Source: Camelus ferus
Lineage: Eukaryota
Assembly (NCBI RefSeq): GCF_009834535.1
Contig: NC_045697.1
Span: 44,270,001-44,334,000 of the forward strand
Direction: 5' to 3'
DNA: 64,000 nt
The notes under the pieces are model-generated. The model was not told where the DNA came from, did not search any database, and worked only from the letters and a program-made list of their open reading frames with translations. The position numbers were made by a program, and so were the translations under genes. Shown here in pieces: positions 40,433 to 52,074 of this stretch (position 1 is the stretch's first letter; each line of letters opens with the position of its first letter).

Positions 40433-40665
40433 GTACTACAAGATCACCGTGGTGCTCATGTGCTTCGTGGTCCCCACGCTGGTGCCCTGGTACATCTGGG
40501 GAGAGAGTCTGTGGAATTCCTACTTCCTGGCCTCCATCCTCCGCTACACCATCTCACTCAACGTCACCTGGCTGGTCAACAGTGCCGCCCACATGTACGG
40601 AAACCGGCCCTATGACAAGCACATCAGCCCTCGGCAGAACCCGCTCGTCACCCTGGGCGCCATTG
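40433..40665 (+). CDS. SCD5: SCD5 internal coding exon (exon 4), 233 bp
   Basis: Acceptor cctgccttccAG (40431-40432) and donor G|GTGAGT (40666). The phase-2 join AA+G gives Lys. Translates YYKITVVLMCFVVPTLVPWYIWGESLWNSYFLASILRYTISLNVTWLVNSAAHMYGNRPYDKHISPRQNPLVTLGAI(G), containing transmembrane segments and the NSAAH motif. Confidence 0.97.
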
Positions 40666-40769
40666 GTGAGTCGGGGGTGGCAGCCACTGGGGGGAGTGGC
40701 AGCTCAGATCTTCTTGGCTTCTCAGGGGTTTTGTGGACCCTGTGAAGAGAGGCAGTGGAGTGGAGTGGA

Positions 40770-41680
40770 CTGGAATAAACTTGGGCTTTGGCATTAGAAT
40801 CCTGGCTCTTGGACAAGTCACTTACTGTCTCTGATCTACAGTTTTCTTATCTGTGAAACGGGAACTCGTATGCCTGCTTCATATGAGTATTACAAGGATT
40901 AAGTGAGATACTGTATGTAAACTGCTTAGCACGGAGCCAAGCACAAAGTAGGTGATTAGTAGCCATTTATTTTTACCATGGAAATGTCCCTAAAGGAGGA
41001 GTAGCAGTTTGTGTCTCTCTCAAACTGCCCTGGCTGCTCTAGCCTCAGATGAATGATCATTTGGCTGACTGTCAAAAGAAAAAGGCCTTCAAACTGAGGG
41101 ATGGGAAGAAACAGGACCTTGACGTCTCATGGTTTAAGAGCATGGCCTCTGGAATCCAACAGGTTTGGTCGAGTCTTGGTTCCTCCACTCACTTTCTGGG
41201 CACGTTACCTGGCTTCTCCACACCACATGTCCTCATCTGTAAACGGGGAGAATAGTAGCATTTACGTCCGCTGGAGGTTGTTGGATGAGTTGGTGCATAG
41301 TGTTTGCAGCAGTGCTTAGCAGGACACAAGCCTTCAGTAATGTTTTTATTACTCGCAGTATGGTCTTGGGTGAGTTACCTGTCCCTTCTGTGCATTTCCA
41401 TCCTCATTTTAAAATGAGGATGAGGGCGTGGATATAGCTCAGTGGTAGAGCACATGCCTAGCAGGCATGAGGTCTTGGGTTCAATCCCCAGTACCTCCAT
41501 TAAATAAATAAATAAACCTAATTACCTCTCCCACCCCCCTCAAATTTTTTTAAAGGGGCTTAAAATGAGGACAGTCACAGCAGCTAGCTCAGCGATGTGA
41601 AGATTACAGTCATTAAAACCCTTTAAAGCACTTAGCACTGTGGCTGGCACACAGTAAGTGACTAATATAAAATATTAGCT
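40770..41680 (+). mobile_element. Cluster of about three MIR fragments downstream of exon 4
   Basis: Repeated MIR cores at ~40840 (atctgtgaaacggga), ~41235 (catctgtaaacggggag) and ~41405-41670 (split by a SINE). Confidence 0.65.
41421..41559 (+). mobile_element. tRNA-derived SINE (vic-1-like) nested in a MIR
   Basis: Intact A and B boxes. TSD TTAAAATGAGGA at 41409-41420 and 41560-41571, an L1-endonuclease-type TT/AAAA site. Confidence 0.9.
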
Positions 41681-42804
41681 GTACCTTGATAGAGGCATCT
41701 TGGGCTTCTTGGTAAGCTGAGCCTTGGGCATGAAGATCAACCCAAAGAGGGAGGTTCCTGCTGTTAAGTAGAGACGATCTCTGCATCACTCTGCAGTGAG
41801 TTTCTGCCATCACATTTTAGGGTCACCCAGTTAAGACCCCAGGGGTCTTGTGTTGACAAGAGCAAAATAAGGTGAAAAGAACACCGGATCAGCAGAGAGA
41901 AAAGTGAGAGATTCCTCTTGTTTTCTCCTCCTCTCACTGTTCATCTTATAAAAGAATTGTAATGAGGGGAGTCATATCCAGGGGGGACTCTGAGAGCATA
42001 CCAGAGTGGGCACAAGATGGACTGTTACCTTCTCACATAGGGAGGGGTTAGTGGACCGGGAATGTCTGGCCATGACACAGGCCCTGAAGAGCTGGGTATT
42101 GGCTTTAAGTCTACCCACATCCACACTGGGCTCCCAGTCAGATTTCTCGATATTAGTCCTTGGAAGACTCTGTTATACCCACTGTGTGGTAGATGGGGCA
42201 ATACATTCAGGACTCTTAGAACAATGCCTGTTTCTGAAAATAGGGGAAAACTCTAGTACTCTGGTCCAAGAAGGATGAGGGTGGAGAAGCAGGGTAGAGA
42301 AGACCTAAATTAAAAAGAAAATCACAGACCACAGATCAGTCCATCTGATGAACTCATGGTAGAGCAGAATCTTTCAAAACTGGTCAACAGAAAAACCATA
42401 TGATGACCAGTAGCCACTTAAGAAATAAAGGAGGAATCTGGCAGTTCTTCAAATGGTTAAATAGTTACTATATGATCCAGTAATAACTCCACTGCCAGAT
42501 TTATACCCAAGAGAAATGAAAATGTATGTCCACACAAAAACTTGTGTATGAATGTTCCAAGCAGCATTATTCATAATAGCTGAAAAGTGGAAATAATCCA
42601 AATGTCCATCAACTGATAAATGGATAAATACCATGTGGTCCATCCATATAATGGGATATTATCCAGCAATTAAAATAAATGAAGTACTGATACCTGCTAC
42701 AACCTTGAACACATTATACTAAGTGAAAGAAGCCAGTCACAAAGGACTACACATTGTATGATTTTATTTATATGAAATGTTCAGAATAGGCAAATCTATA
42801 GAGA

Positions 42805-42906
42805 TTGTATAAGTAAAGCTTCTCCAAAGAAATAGAAACAGTGTATATATAACTATATGCAAATAAATATATTTTATATTACTCAGTAAATCTATCTATC
42901 TATATA

Positions 42907-42946
<40 letters not shown>

Positions 42947-43437
42947 CAGAAAAAGAATATCTATATATAAATGTAGATGTATCCTGTTTGTGTGTGTGTG
43001 TGTGTGTGTACAGGAAGGGAGAGAGAGAGGGACTTACAATGAGAACTTGGCTCGTGCTGAGAATCCCCACCATCTGCCGTCTGCAGTGGGGAGACCCAGG
43101 GAAGCCAGTGCTGTAATTAAGTCTAAGTCTGAAAGCCTGAGAACCAGGGGAGCTGAGGATGCAAATCCCACTCAGAGGGCAGCAGAATATGAGATAGATG
43201 TTCGATCAGTGAGTTAGGAAAATGGCCGATTCCTCCTTCCTCCACCATTTGTTCTATTCAGGCCCTTAACAGATTGGCTGACGCCTACTCACCTTGGGGA
43301 GGACCATCCACTTTACTGGGTCCACTGATTCAAATGCTAATCTCACTCAGAAACACCCTCACAGACGCACCCAAAAATAATGTTGAATCTGGGCCCTGCT
43401 TGGCCAGTCAAGTTAACACATAAAATGAACCATCACA
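42805..43437 (-). mobile_element. MLT2 (ERVL) LTR with internal (TATC)n and (TG)n
   Basis: gagacccagggaagcc, aatgctaatctc...aaacaccctcacagac, and end agtcaagttaacacataaaatgaaccatcaca. Confidence 0.8.
42892..42945. repeat. Imperfect (TCTA)n tetranucleotide repeat
   Basis: Read directly from the sequence; lies inside the MLT2. Confidence 0.92.
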
Positions 43438-44211
43438 GAAAAAGAAAGGAGGACTGAAGGGATATGAGGATGGCTGGGTGTCCACAGCCAAGAGGAGTGG
43501 GGTTTCTTTTGGGGAAATGAAAATGTTATAAAATTCACTGTGGTGATGCATGAACAACTCTGTGAATATACTAAAAGCCATTACATTGTATACTTTAAAT
43601 GGGTGAATTGTATGGTGAATTATACAGTGAATTATATCTCAGTAAAGCTGTTTTTTTAAAAATCAAATGAAAGAAGCCTTGAGACCCCTCCTGTAAACGC
43701 CTTATGGTGGAGGGGATTAAGGGAGGAAAAGCTATTCACTGTGAAGGGTGGAATAATAAGTAGGCAGATTTTGGATATTTTAAGATTCCAACTCCTTAAT
43801 TCAGTTACCCATCTACGCGATTATCATTTATCTCTTCCAAGCTCTCTCAAGAAATCTTCCTTTAATTAGTCCACAGAGGCTGTTTTCCTTTTATAAACAT
43901 ACATCAAAATGATGACCTGTTATCCCATTATTTGGCTTTTAGCTGAAGAAGTACAGCTCTGAAGTCATGGTAGCATGTCTCCAATTCATAGGGAGCGTGT
44001 ATCTTGTGACTTTGCTGGTAACTTTATTGTTATTTTCCTGTTCATGTCTAGTTTGTCTAACCAATTAAGTGAACACTTCCTAAGGGCAGACACCAAGTCA
44101 GTCTTTTGCTCCCCATGGAGCTTGACCCAATGTCTTGCAATAAATGAGTGATTTTTAAAACTCTCCACAGAGGTGGTGATTGGTTTAATTCAAGCCCGCT
44201 TTGTCTTCCAG

Positions 44212-44402
44212 GTGAAGGCTTCCATAATTATCATCACACCTTTCCCTTTGACTACTCTGCAAGTGAATTTGGCTTAAATTTCAACCCAACCACCTGGTTC
44301 ATTGACTTCATGTGCTGGCTGGGACTGGCCACTGACCGCAAACGGGCCACCAAGCCGATGATCGAGGCCCGGAAAGCCAGGACTGGAGACGGCAGCGCCT
44401 GA
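44212..44402 (+). CDS. SCD5: SCD5 terminal coding exon (exon 5), coding part 191 bp
   Basis: Acceptor ctttgtcttccAG (44210-44211). The phase-1 join G+GT gives Gly. Translates EGFHNYHHTFPFDYSASEFGLNFNPTTWFIDFMCWLGLATDRKRATKPMIEARKARTGDGSA then TGA (44400-44402), with His box HNYHH at 44223-44237. The C-terminus is SCD5-type rather than SCD1-type. Confidence 0.97.
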
Positions 44403-45634
44403 CTGTGGGCCCTCCATCCATGTCTGCCTGTCGACGACGTGTCGGCTCACGGCCTTTGTTACTACACTTCTCTTGTCCATTGGCTCGTGGGAGGGGGTCC
44501 AGGGTGGGGAGGGAGTGGAATCTACGTGATTTGGGATTTTTTTGTTTGTCTGAAAATAATGTCAAGATACAACTATCAATGAGAAGAATTTTTTAGAAGA
44601 CAGTGTAACTATGATGTAACACTAGAGCGCGGACACGTGATCTAATCGCTGTAGTGACAGTATGTCAAACCTACATTGTCATGTGCTTGTGTGTGATGTT
44701 AACCCTGACAGGATGAAGGAATTTAATATTCTTGCAGGAGAGCATCTGTTTTCTTTTTCTACCAATTAACTTAGCATTATTTTTAAACACACAATCTGAA
44801 GGAGCAGAGGGCAGGGTAGAACACAAAAAAGAGAGGGTCCAAGTACAAACTAAAGAATGCTTCTGTTTCATTAACATTGTCTGTGTGTTTTTGTTGTTAT
44901 TTTTAAGTAAAAAAATTGAAAACGTTAAAAAAAAAAAAAAGAGGAGAATATGGGAACTGGCTCTCTTATTTTTTTGCCGTTTCCAGCTTGTTAATGCTGC
45001 ACTGTCTTTGCTTTAGGAGATCTGTTCCTGGCTCAGCCGATTTTGTGTCCTGAGCTGCATGCTCAGCTGACCCTATAAATCAATGCCTGTTGTAGGTGTT
45101 TGATTTTGTTCTCTTCGTATTGTCATTTTAAGGTGTAGAACTCAGAAGTGCTGGACATCAAATTAAGCTCAAATTAAGCTCTCATTTAAATGTTTAGACA
45201 CCTAATTTATATTCTAACTGATCCCAGCCACTGATGCATGATCTAAGTACAGCTTTACCTACTTCTGCTAAATAAGCATATTAATTTTCCACATCCGGCC
45301 AGCCAGACCCTAATAAGCGACAGTTGTCTAGAACTCTGTGTCTACTCATGTTTCACCTGCATGCGGCCTTCGTTGATTTCTCAGCAAGATATAAAGTGAT
45401 CATTATGTAGCTTCTGGATTAAAAAAATTTCTGTGTGTTAAGTTGCCTTGTAAAGAGCATGTCGAATTAATGGGACAGCGTGCCCTTCGTGTTAGGTGTT
45501 AGAGCAGAAGAAAGCCATATAGTGTTGGCATTCGAGCACTTGGAAGATAGTGCTTCTAAGATAGAGAAGCTGTAGGATTTCAATTTCGATTTAAAATTTT
45601 TGAAAAAGGAGTGACACCAATATGAAATTGTCAT

Positions 45635-45640
45635 AATAAA
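45635..45640 (+). terminator. Proximal polyadenylation signal AATAAA
   Basis: Canonical hexamer followed by GT/T-rich sequence (ggtgtttaacagtgttattttt). Confidence 0.55.
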
Positions 45641-45711
45641 GTTCTTCATCCAGCAGGTGTTTAACAGTGTTATTTTTGCCATTAATAATGTGTAAACTAT
45701 GAGCGATTTAC

Positions 45712-45717
45712 AATAAA
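45712..45717 (+). terminator. Distal polyadenylation signal AATAAA
   Basis: Canonical hexamer with an upstream TGTA and downstream tgttcttgg. Confidence 0.65.
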
Positions 45718-47127
45718 TGATTACGAATTCGTTCATGTTCTTGGCCAGATACTTAAATATTGTTTAGAGAATGTCACTCCAGGGTGCCTGATGCTTCGTG
45801 AGGACCACATAATTCATGTTTGACTTGGGCTCTAACGACCCCAGAGACCAGACTTCTCCTATCCCGTTGGCCTAAGGTGTTACCAGAGGGGAAGTCAGCA
45901 AGTTTTATTTGGAATGCAGAACCCACAGCGGTGACACTTCTCACTTACCAACACTGTCACTTCCAGCTGACACATGGAGCCCAGCTCCTCCATGTGACCT
46001 AAAACAGCATGAAGGATACCTCCGTCCCCAGAGCCCCGGCAGGCCCCACCAGCAGTGACCAGAGGTGGGGGAGATGGACTCCACCCTCACTGCAGCCCTG
46101 CCCCTCTCAGCTCTGCCCCCCTACCTCCCTGGGCTGCCTGACTCTGCCCATCCTGCTCCTGCCATCAGATGGAGACATCTTAGCCTCCCCGCTGTTGAGT
46201 GGGAGTCCAGCCACTGGGGGGTGCCAGACCAGAACTCATTCGTAAGGACACTTACCGGGCACTTTCCAGCTGCTTTGTACCCCAGTCATAGATCGCTAAG
46301 ACCTTGTATGGAGTGTTGGTCCAGTGTGGGTGTATATTCCCAGATGAGTTGGTATCAGCATGAACTAAAGTGGCCCTGCGTGGGGATGTTTCTGTGAAAC
46401 TTTGACCCTTAAAACTACTAAACTGATTTGCTTGTCCAATAATAGAAAATATTACATTTGGAACAGCTATTTGGAATCTTCTCACCAAAGGAGGCTGTTC
46501 CCCAGCTAGTCCAGCTAAATCCGGAACCTCACTCCTCTGAACCTGAGCGCCATGCCTTTATCAGCAGTCCCCACAAATGAGATAAGGGTTGCAATGATCT
46601 GGTGGAGCAGGTGAAGGTTACAGCACGCTAGAGTCTTCCGTATTGACATTCCCTGCAGGTCTCAGCAGCACCTAAGGGAAGAAAGCAGGGGTCTCTCGAG
46701 CCTATCCCAGGTGGCCCTGGAGAGGTTGGAGCAGTTTTCTCATCTGCAAAGAGAGAGGATGAAACCAGACTCTGTCTAAGGTCCCACCCAGCCTTAATAT
46801 TCACTGGCAGCAGCAGAGACGACAATATTCCTGCCTTCAGATTTCAGACACTCCTCAAGTCGGTGCGTTTCTGGGACCTGGGAGATCAAAACTGAGGGGA
46901 AATAACTGAGTCTGAATGGGAGAACACAGACTGCAGCTGAAAGGATAGAATATTCTTGATTAAAAAAAAAGTGCATATGCCTCATTCATTCCCAAAATAT
47001 AATGAAGCAATAAAAATAGATACAATCTATAAAAAAGAATTGAATGGGAAAAAAATACTGCAAAAAGCTCCAGCTTAGTGGAGTAGTAGAAATAGCACTG
47101 GACCCCAAGACCTGAGTTTGAATTCCC

Positions 47128-47640
47128 TTTTTTTTCCCCAATTGAGATGAAGTTGACATATAACGTTATACTAGTTTCAGGTGTACAACATACTGATTTG
47201 ATATTTGTATACACTGTGAAACGATCATCACAGTAAGTCTAGTTAACAACCATCCCAAACGTACTTACAAAATTTTTCTTCCTGCGATGAGAACTTTCAA
47301 GATCTACCCTCTTAGCAACTTTTAAATATACGATAGCGTATTATTAACTCCAGTCACCGTGCGGTATATTACATCTCCAGGGCATATTTATCTTATAAAT
47401 GGAAGTTTGTAGCTTTTGACTCTCCTCACGCATTTCTGCCACACATTCCCCACCCCCACACCAGTCTGTTCTCTGTATCTATGAGTCTGTAGTTCGTGGT
47501 TTTGTTTTCCTTTCTTTCTTTTTTTTTTTTAGAGCCTATATATAAGAGAGATCACACAGTATTTGCCTTTCTCTGCTTGACATATTTTATTTAGCATAAT
47601 GCCCTCAAGGTCCATATTTGTTGTCACAAATAACAAGATT
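47128..47640 (-). mobile_element. 5'-truncated L1 3' end
   Basis: ttgagatgaagttgacatataac...gagaactttcaagatctaccctcttagcaacttt...gcataatgccctcaaggtccat. Confidence 0.85.
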
Positions 47641-47949
47641 TCAAATTCTAACTCTTGGTCTAACTTGCTGTGTTTTTAGGCTGAAGCACATAAAAGCACC
47701 ATTTGCTAACCCACTGAACCTCTCTGAACGTCAGTGTCCTCAACCACAAAGGAGGAACAGTAACAGTTTTGTGCATCAGAGAAACCCGACGGCCTAGAGC
47801 ACAAGGCCTGGTGCATCGTAAACCCCAGGAGACATCCCTGGGGGTGACTAGCTGCCCCAGAATTGAGACAGACACAGATGTAGTCAAATAACCACAGGCT
47901 GGAAGTGAGGAGGACCAGCCTCCAGTTCTGGTTTTGTTCCTAGCTAGCT

Positions 47950-48450
47950 GGATGGGGATAGCAGAATGTGCCCAAATATGCCGGTTTGACATGAGATTAT
48001 TTTGAGTTAAAGCCACCTGAAGAACAGCAGATGCAAAAAAGGGCACTCTGACTTCCTTTTTCCTTCCTAAAAGCAGGAGGCACAACTCCCATGTGGAAGA
48101 TGCCTTCTCGGTACCAGGAGGAAAGGAACATTCCTACCACCAGAGACAGACAGAAGGTGCCAAGAGAAAGCACTACAAACCAACCTTGCTAAAGCAACCC
48201 TTGTCTCCCTGGAGCCTCCTGCTATGTCCTAGTTACTTTTTCACAATCACTACTCTTTGTTCAACCTCGTATAGAAGCACTTAGGCCCAACCACTCTCTG
48301 GGTCTTCATTTTCCTGGGAAGGCTCCCATGTCCATGTTCATGTCCTAATCAAATCTGTATACTCTTCTCCTGGGCATACGTCTTATAACAACTTAACTCT
48401 CAGGCCCAGCCTGACGGTAAGAAAGTAGAGGAAAATTTGGCACCCGCTAC
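47950..48450 (+). mobile_element. MER34-like ERV1 solo LTR
   Basis: cccaaatatgcc...gattattttgagttaaagcc...agaacagcagatgca, ending ...ctaCA. Confidence 0.6.
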
Positions 48451-51400
48451 ATGGCTCGACCCTCTCAGAGCCTCTGTGTCCGCTTCTGGAAAGGAACCAG
48501 CTGGACTGGGTTATCCCGTCCCGCTCGGGCATTTCAGTAAGCCTGTTGGCTCTGTGGACAGAGCCCCTGCTGGCCTGCAGAGCCTCGGTAGGGCCTGGCA
48601 AGGGGCCCTCTGCACCTCCGGCTCCCTTCCCGTGCCCTCACACCCCATCAGAGGCCAGGCCAGGCTTCATTCTCTCAGCCCATCTCTCTCCCCATCAGGA
48701 GCCGGGATAGATTTGTGCAGGAAAGAGGTTGAAGCTAATGGAGAAGAATGAGCTTTGGGGATTATCTGTGAGGTTCATTTATCCGTTTCAGTCCTGTCCC
48801 CAGTTACAGAGGAGACTGAACGCCCAGCTTGCGTTCTCCGTGGCTGCTCATGTGAGAAACAAGGAAGGAAAGAAATAAGCTTTATAATCCTTTTCAAAAA
48901 AATTTCCCCATTTTTAGTTCAGGGTGAGTCTAAATCCCCTCCCTCCCCTTCCTCGACGTCAAGGAAGTGCTATAAATGACTTGGAAACGCCTCTCCCGTT
49001 CTCCCAGGGGGCTGGGGAGTCCGTCCGTGCCCCCACTGCCTCAGGAATGTTCCTGGTTCTAAATTTGCACCATTGGAGGAGTAAGGAAAATGCTGGCCCA
49101 GGAGTGCCTATAAGGCAAGAAGCCTGTGTCCGAGCAGCTTGTGTGGGCTCGGTGACAGCCTTTTCTCTCCTCTTCCTCTCACCGCACCCTCCCCCACCAC
49201 AATGCCTCTGACGGGACACCTGGAAGACCAGTCAGCCGAGTCCTGCCCTGACTTCCTCACAGGATTCAAAAGGAAAAGGCCAGCTGCCAGCCCCTGAGCT
49301 GGTCGGGCTGTGAAGGCTTTGCCCCGAGTCTCCTTCCTCACCTACAGTCACTAGGGAAAAAGGTGACTGTACCTGTCTGGGTCCCGACAACTCTGGATTC
49401 ACTATATCAGTGTCCCCTCCCCTCCCCCATTTCCCACCCTTTTGTGTCCCGGAGGGAAATCTCCGAGGTTGCTTTTCTAATAGAAGCACTAACTGCAGGG
49501 CAGAGCCACCACCTCCTCCCCCATGCCCGTCCCACCCTGCTGGTTGTGGACAAAGCCCCTGGATGGGGTGTGGTTGTGTTCTCCTTACCAGGTTTCACTT
49601 AAGCCTTTGCTTACAGCGTGCAGATTGCAAACCAAGGGAGCTGCAGGTAGACGGTGCTCCTTACCTGAGTTCCACAGGCAACACTGTGTTCCGAGGGTGG
49701 GGATGGGAGGAAGGGGACCCCTACCAGCTACACGTTGTGATAAGTGTGATCATCGGTGGAAGATGACCTGGGCTGCTAACTGAGCATCCAGTGTCTCAAA
49801 GCACAAGCATGCGAGCAATGTGGGCCATGACTCTCCCCTTCCAGCCAACAGGCTCCTCACACCTGAGGTGGAGGGGGCGGGAAGACCCACTTCAGCTCCT
49901 TCCTGGCCCCGCAGGTCCTGCCCATGAGTGCACGAACGGCTTCTTTAGAGCCAGCTGGGCTCCGTGGACTCCCTTCCCTGGACTAAAAGGCACTTAAGGG
50001 CTCCTGGCATCATAAAGTGCTTGTTCCAGAGGTGCCAACCAATGAGCGTATCTATTTGCACTGTTCTCTACACCTCCTGCTAAACTGAGCTATTTGTAAC
50101 ACACAGGGTCCACATTCTCAGAGTCAGCTTGCTAGAGTGTGCATACTCAGTGCCCCACGGCCAACCAACCAAAGCAAAACCTGAAAAATGATCTCCAAGT
50201 GAATACGTGAACCTGGATGGTTTCAAAACACTACTTTAAAAGTGAAGACCTTGATTTTTGCCTCTAGGTGGGAAATTTTTAAGCAATGATACACTGGAGC
50301 CTTTTCCACCACCTTTTTATTCAGTTTGAAGCCAGGGGCTTGGATCCATTTTAAGACACTGAAATGGACAGGCTGTTTTAATGTGGTTTTGTTTAAACAT
50401 TACTTGATTCCTTGGCGCACATTTATACAACCCAAGGGTGGTTAGATTGTTACTTTGTTGGGAGACAAACAGCCTAGGAGAAATATGCAAAACCTCTGCT
50501 TCTTCATCCATAATATGTAAAAGGTAGAACAAATGATCAATTATGTCCCTTCTTAGATCACACTACAGGAATCCAGAACAAGCAAGCTTAGGAAATGCTA
50601 GATTCTGCTTTACCCAAGTACAAGATGTGGCCAAAAGCCATCCTAGTTGTGTATCCCTAGCAAAGAAAGAAAAGGGAAGAGGCTCAAAGACAGAGCATCA
50701 CTCAGAAAACTGACCCTCTGTTTGGAGTTCATGCAAATAATTAGTGGAGATAGTCCTGAGACTGGTTAATATTCATGGAAATAGCTAGTCATTGCCATGG
50801 CTAGCTATTTCTAAACAATCTTGTGTTTTTTGTTTTTGTTTCTCTTTGTGTTTGTTTGTTTTTTTAAGTTTCCACCTAAGATGGCCTTAAAACAAGCATT
50901 GCTGTGTCCAGGAAATTGCAGCATTATACTACTTGGAAACAATAACATGCTTCAGAATAAGGTCACCAACCATCACATGCCGTAGTGATGTGGCTGCCAA
51001 AGTTCCTCATTCCATGTTAGATAGAGGCTGTGTGCATAAGGCTCAGAGATCATTCAAATCTTCCAACCAGCTTGTCCTGGTTAATCTGACTGATACAATG
51101 TCTTTTGTTGTAACAGTCTGTTGTTTTTCCATCTGCTTTGACTTCAGCGCTGTCACATAAGAAAGAGAAAACAGGACAGCTTGAAGAGGTGTAAAAATAC
51201 AATTACTCTTTAAAAGTATGCAAATTTATCTTTTTTTTTTTTTTTTTTGCTAGCCCCTTTTCACTGGCCTTTGCAGCTCTAAACAGCCGAATGCTCCTGG
51301 CTGGTGGATATATAGCACTTTAGGGTTTTAGTTGAGAAGAACACCCTTTTACAATTTCTAGGCCAATGATTGTAGTGCACTTTAAAAATTCTTTTTGCAT

Positions 51401-51717
51401 CAAAAAGAAAATCAAATGAAAGCACCATCAGGCTTGAAAGACCACTGGCGGTACCATAGAACCTTAGCAAACCCGTCTGCAAATGACACCTCAAATCACT
51501 GAAATTTTGCTCAGCACTCTATTTTAGAAAAAATAATGGGCAAGAGAAGAAGAAAAGAAAAAGAAAAAAAATCTTCATTAGAAAGGGAAACTCCACATAG
51601 TTTTGACTACATTTGGCTCAATTTTCTGAATCTATTACAGCTGCAGCTATTAAATGATTAGGCAAAGAATTCATAATTCCCTCGGCGGCCCCTTTTTTTT
51701 CCAATTTTGTGTACTTA

Positions 51718-52055
51718 TGAAGGGGCAAAACCCACAAAGGGACCAGCAGGACCTCCCAGGCAGGGCCACTGCCTTCCTACTTTTGTGCTTCTATAAAGTG
51801 GCTTGCTTCTAGGAAAACGAAACTTACCCCTAAAATTCTATTGGTTCCCAAAAGCTCACTCCTGACTGGTCCATTTCTAACACCTCATTTGCATATGGTG
51901 CAAATTTAAAACCCTATAAGCACCTGTGTAAACCTACAGACGGGGTCCAAAGCTTGGAGTGTTAATTCCACTGGGCCCACCGGCTTAATAAACCTGAGTT
52001 CTCCAACTCTCCGAGTGTTGCTTGGTCTCTCGACGGGATTCATGTTGCTGTAACA
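51718..52055 (+). mobile_element. Solo LTR, 338 bp, probably lineage-specific ERV1 class
   Basis: TG...CA termini and 4-bp TSD CTTA (51714-51717, 52056-52059). ATTGG at 51840, octamer at 51887, TATAA at 51915 and AATAAA at 51987 occur in U3-R-U5 order. Confidence 0.8.
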
Positions 52056-52074
52056 CTTATTTCCCATCATTTCT

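Larger units (their letters stand above)
42440..43660 (+). mobile_element. L1MB-like 3' region interrupted by an MLT2 LTR
   Basis: atacccaagagaaatgaaaatgtatgtccacacaaaaacttgt, resuming with gtgaatatactaaaagccatt...tactttaaatgggtgaatt. Confidence 0.8.
44403..45740 (+). other. SCD5: SCD5 3' UTR (3' end approximate)
   Basis: Follows the stop codon, has no recognisable interspersed repeat, is AT-rich, and ends near AATAAA at 45635 and 45712. Confidence 0.75.

Noticed and set aside
40327..40797. 156-aa ORF overlapping exon 4
   Set aside because: Alternative frame of the SCD5 exon running through both splice sites.
44161..44170. Alternative acceptor ctctccacAG 41 nt upstream of exon 5
   Set aside because: It would shift the frame and destroy the third His box, and the canonical acceptor has a good pyrimidine tract. 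No evidence of use.
44927..44940. A14 tract in the 3' UTR as a possible transcript end or retroposon tail
   Set aside because: It is genome-encoded, has no TSD and only a weak upstream AGTAAA. More likely an oligo-dT internal-priming site.
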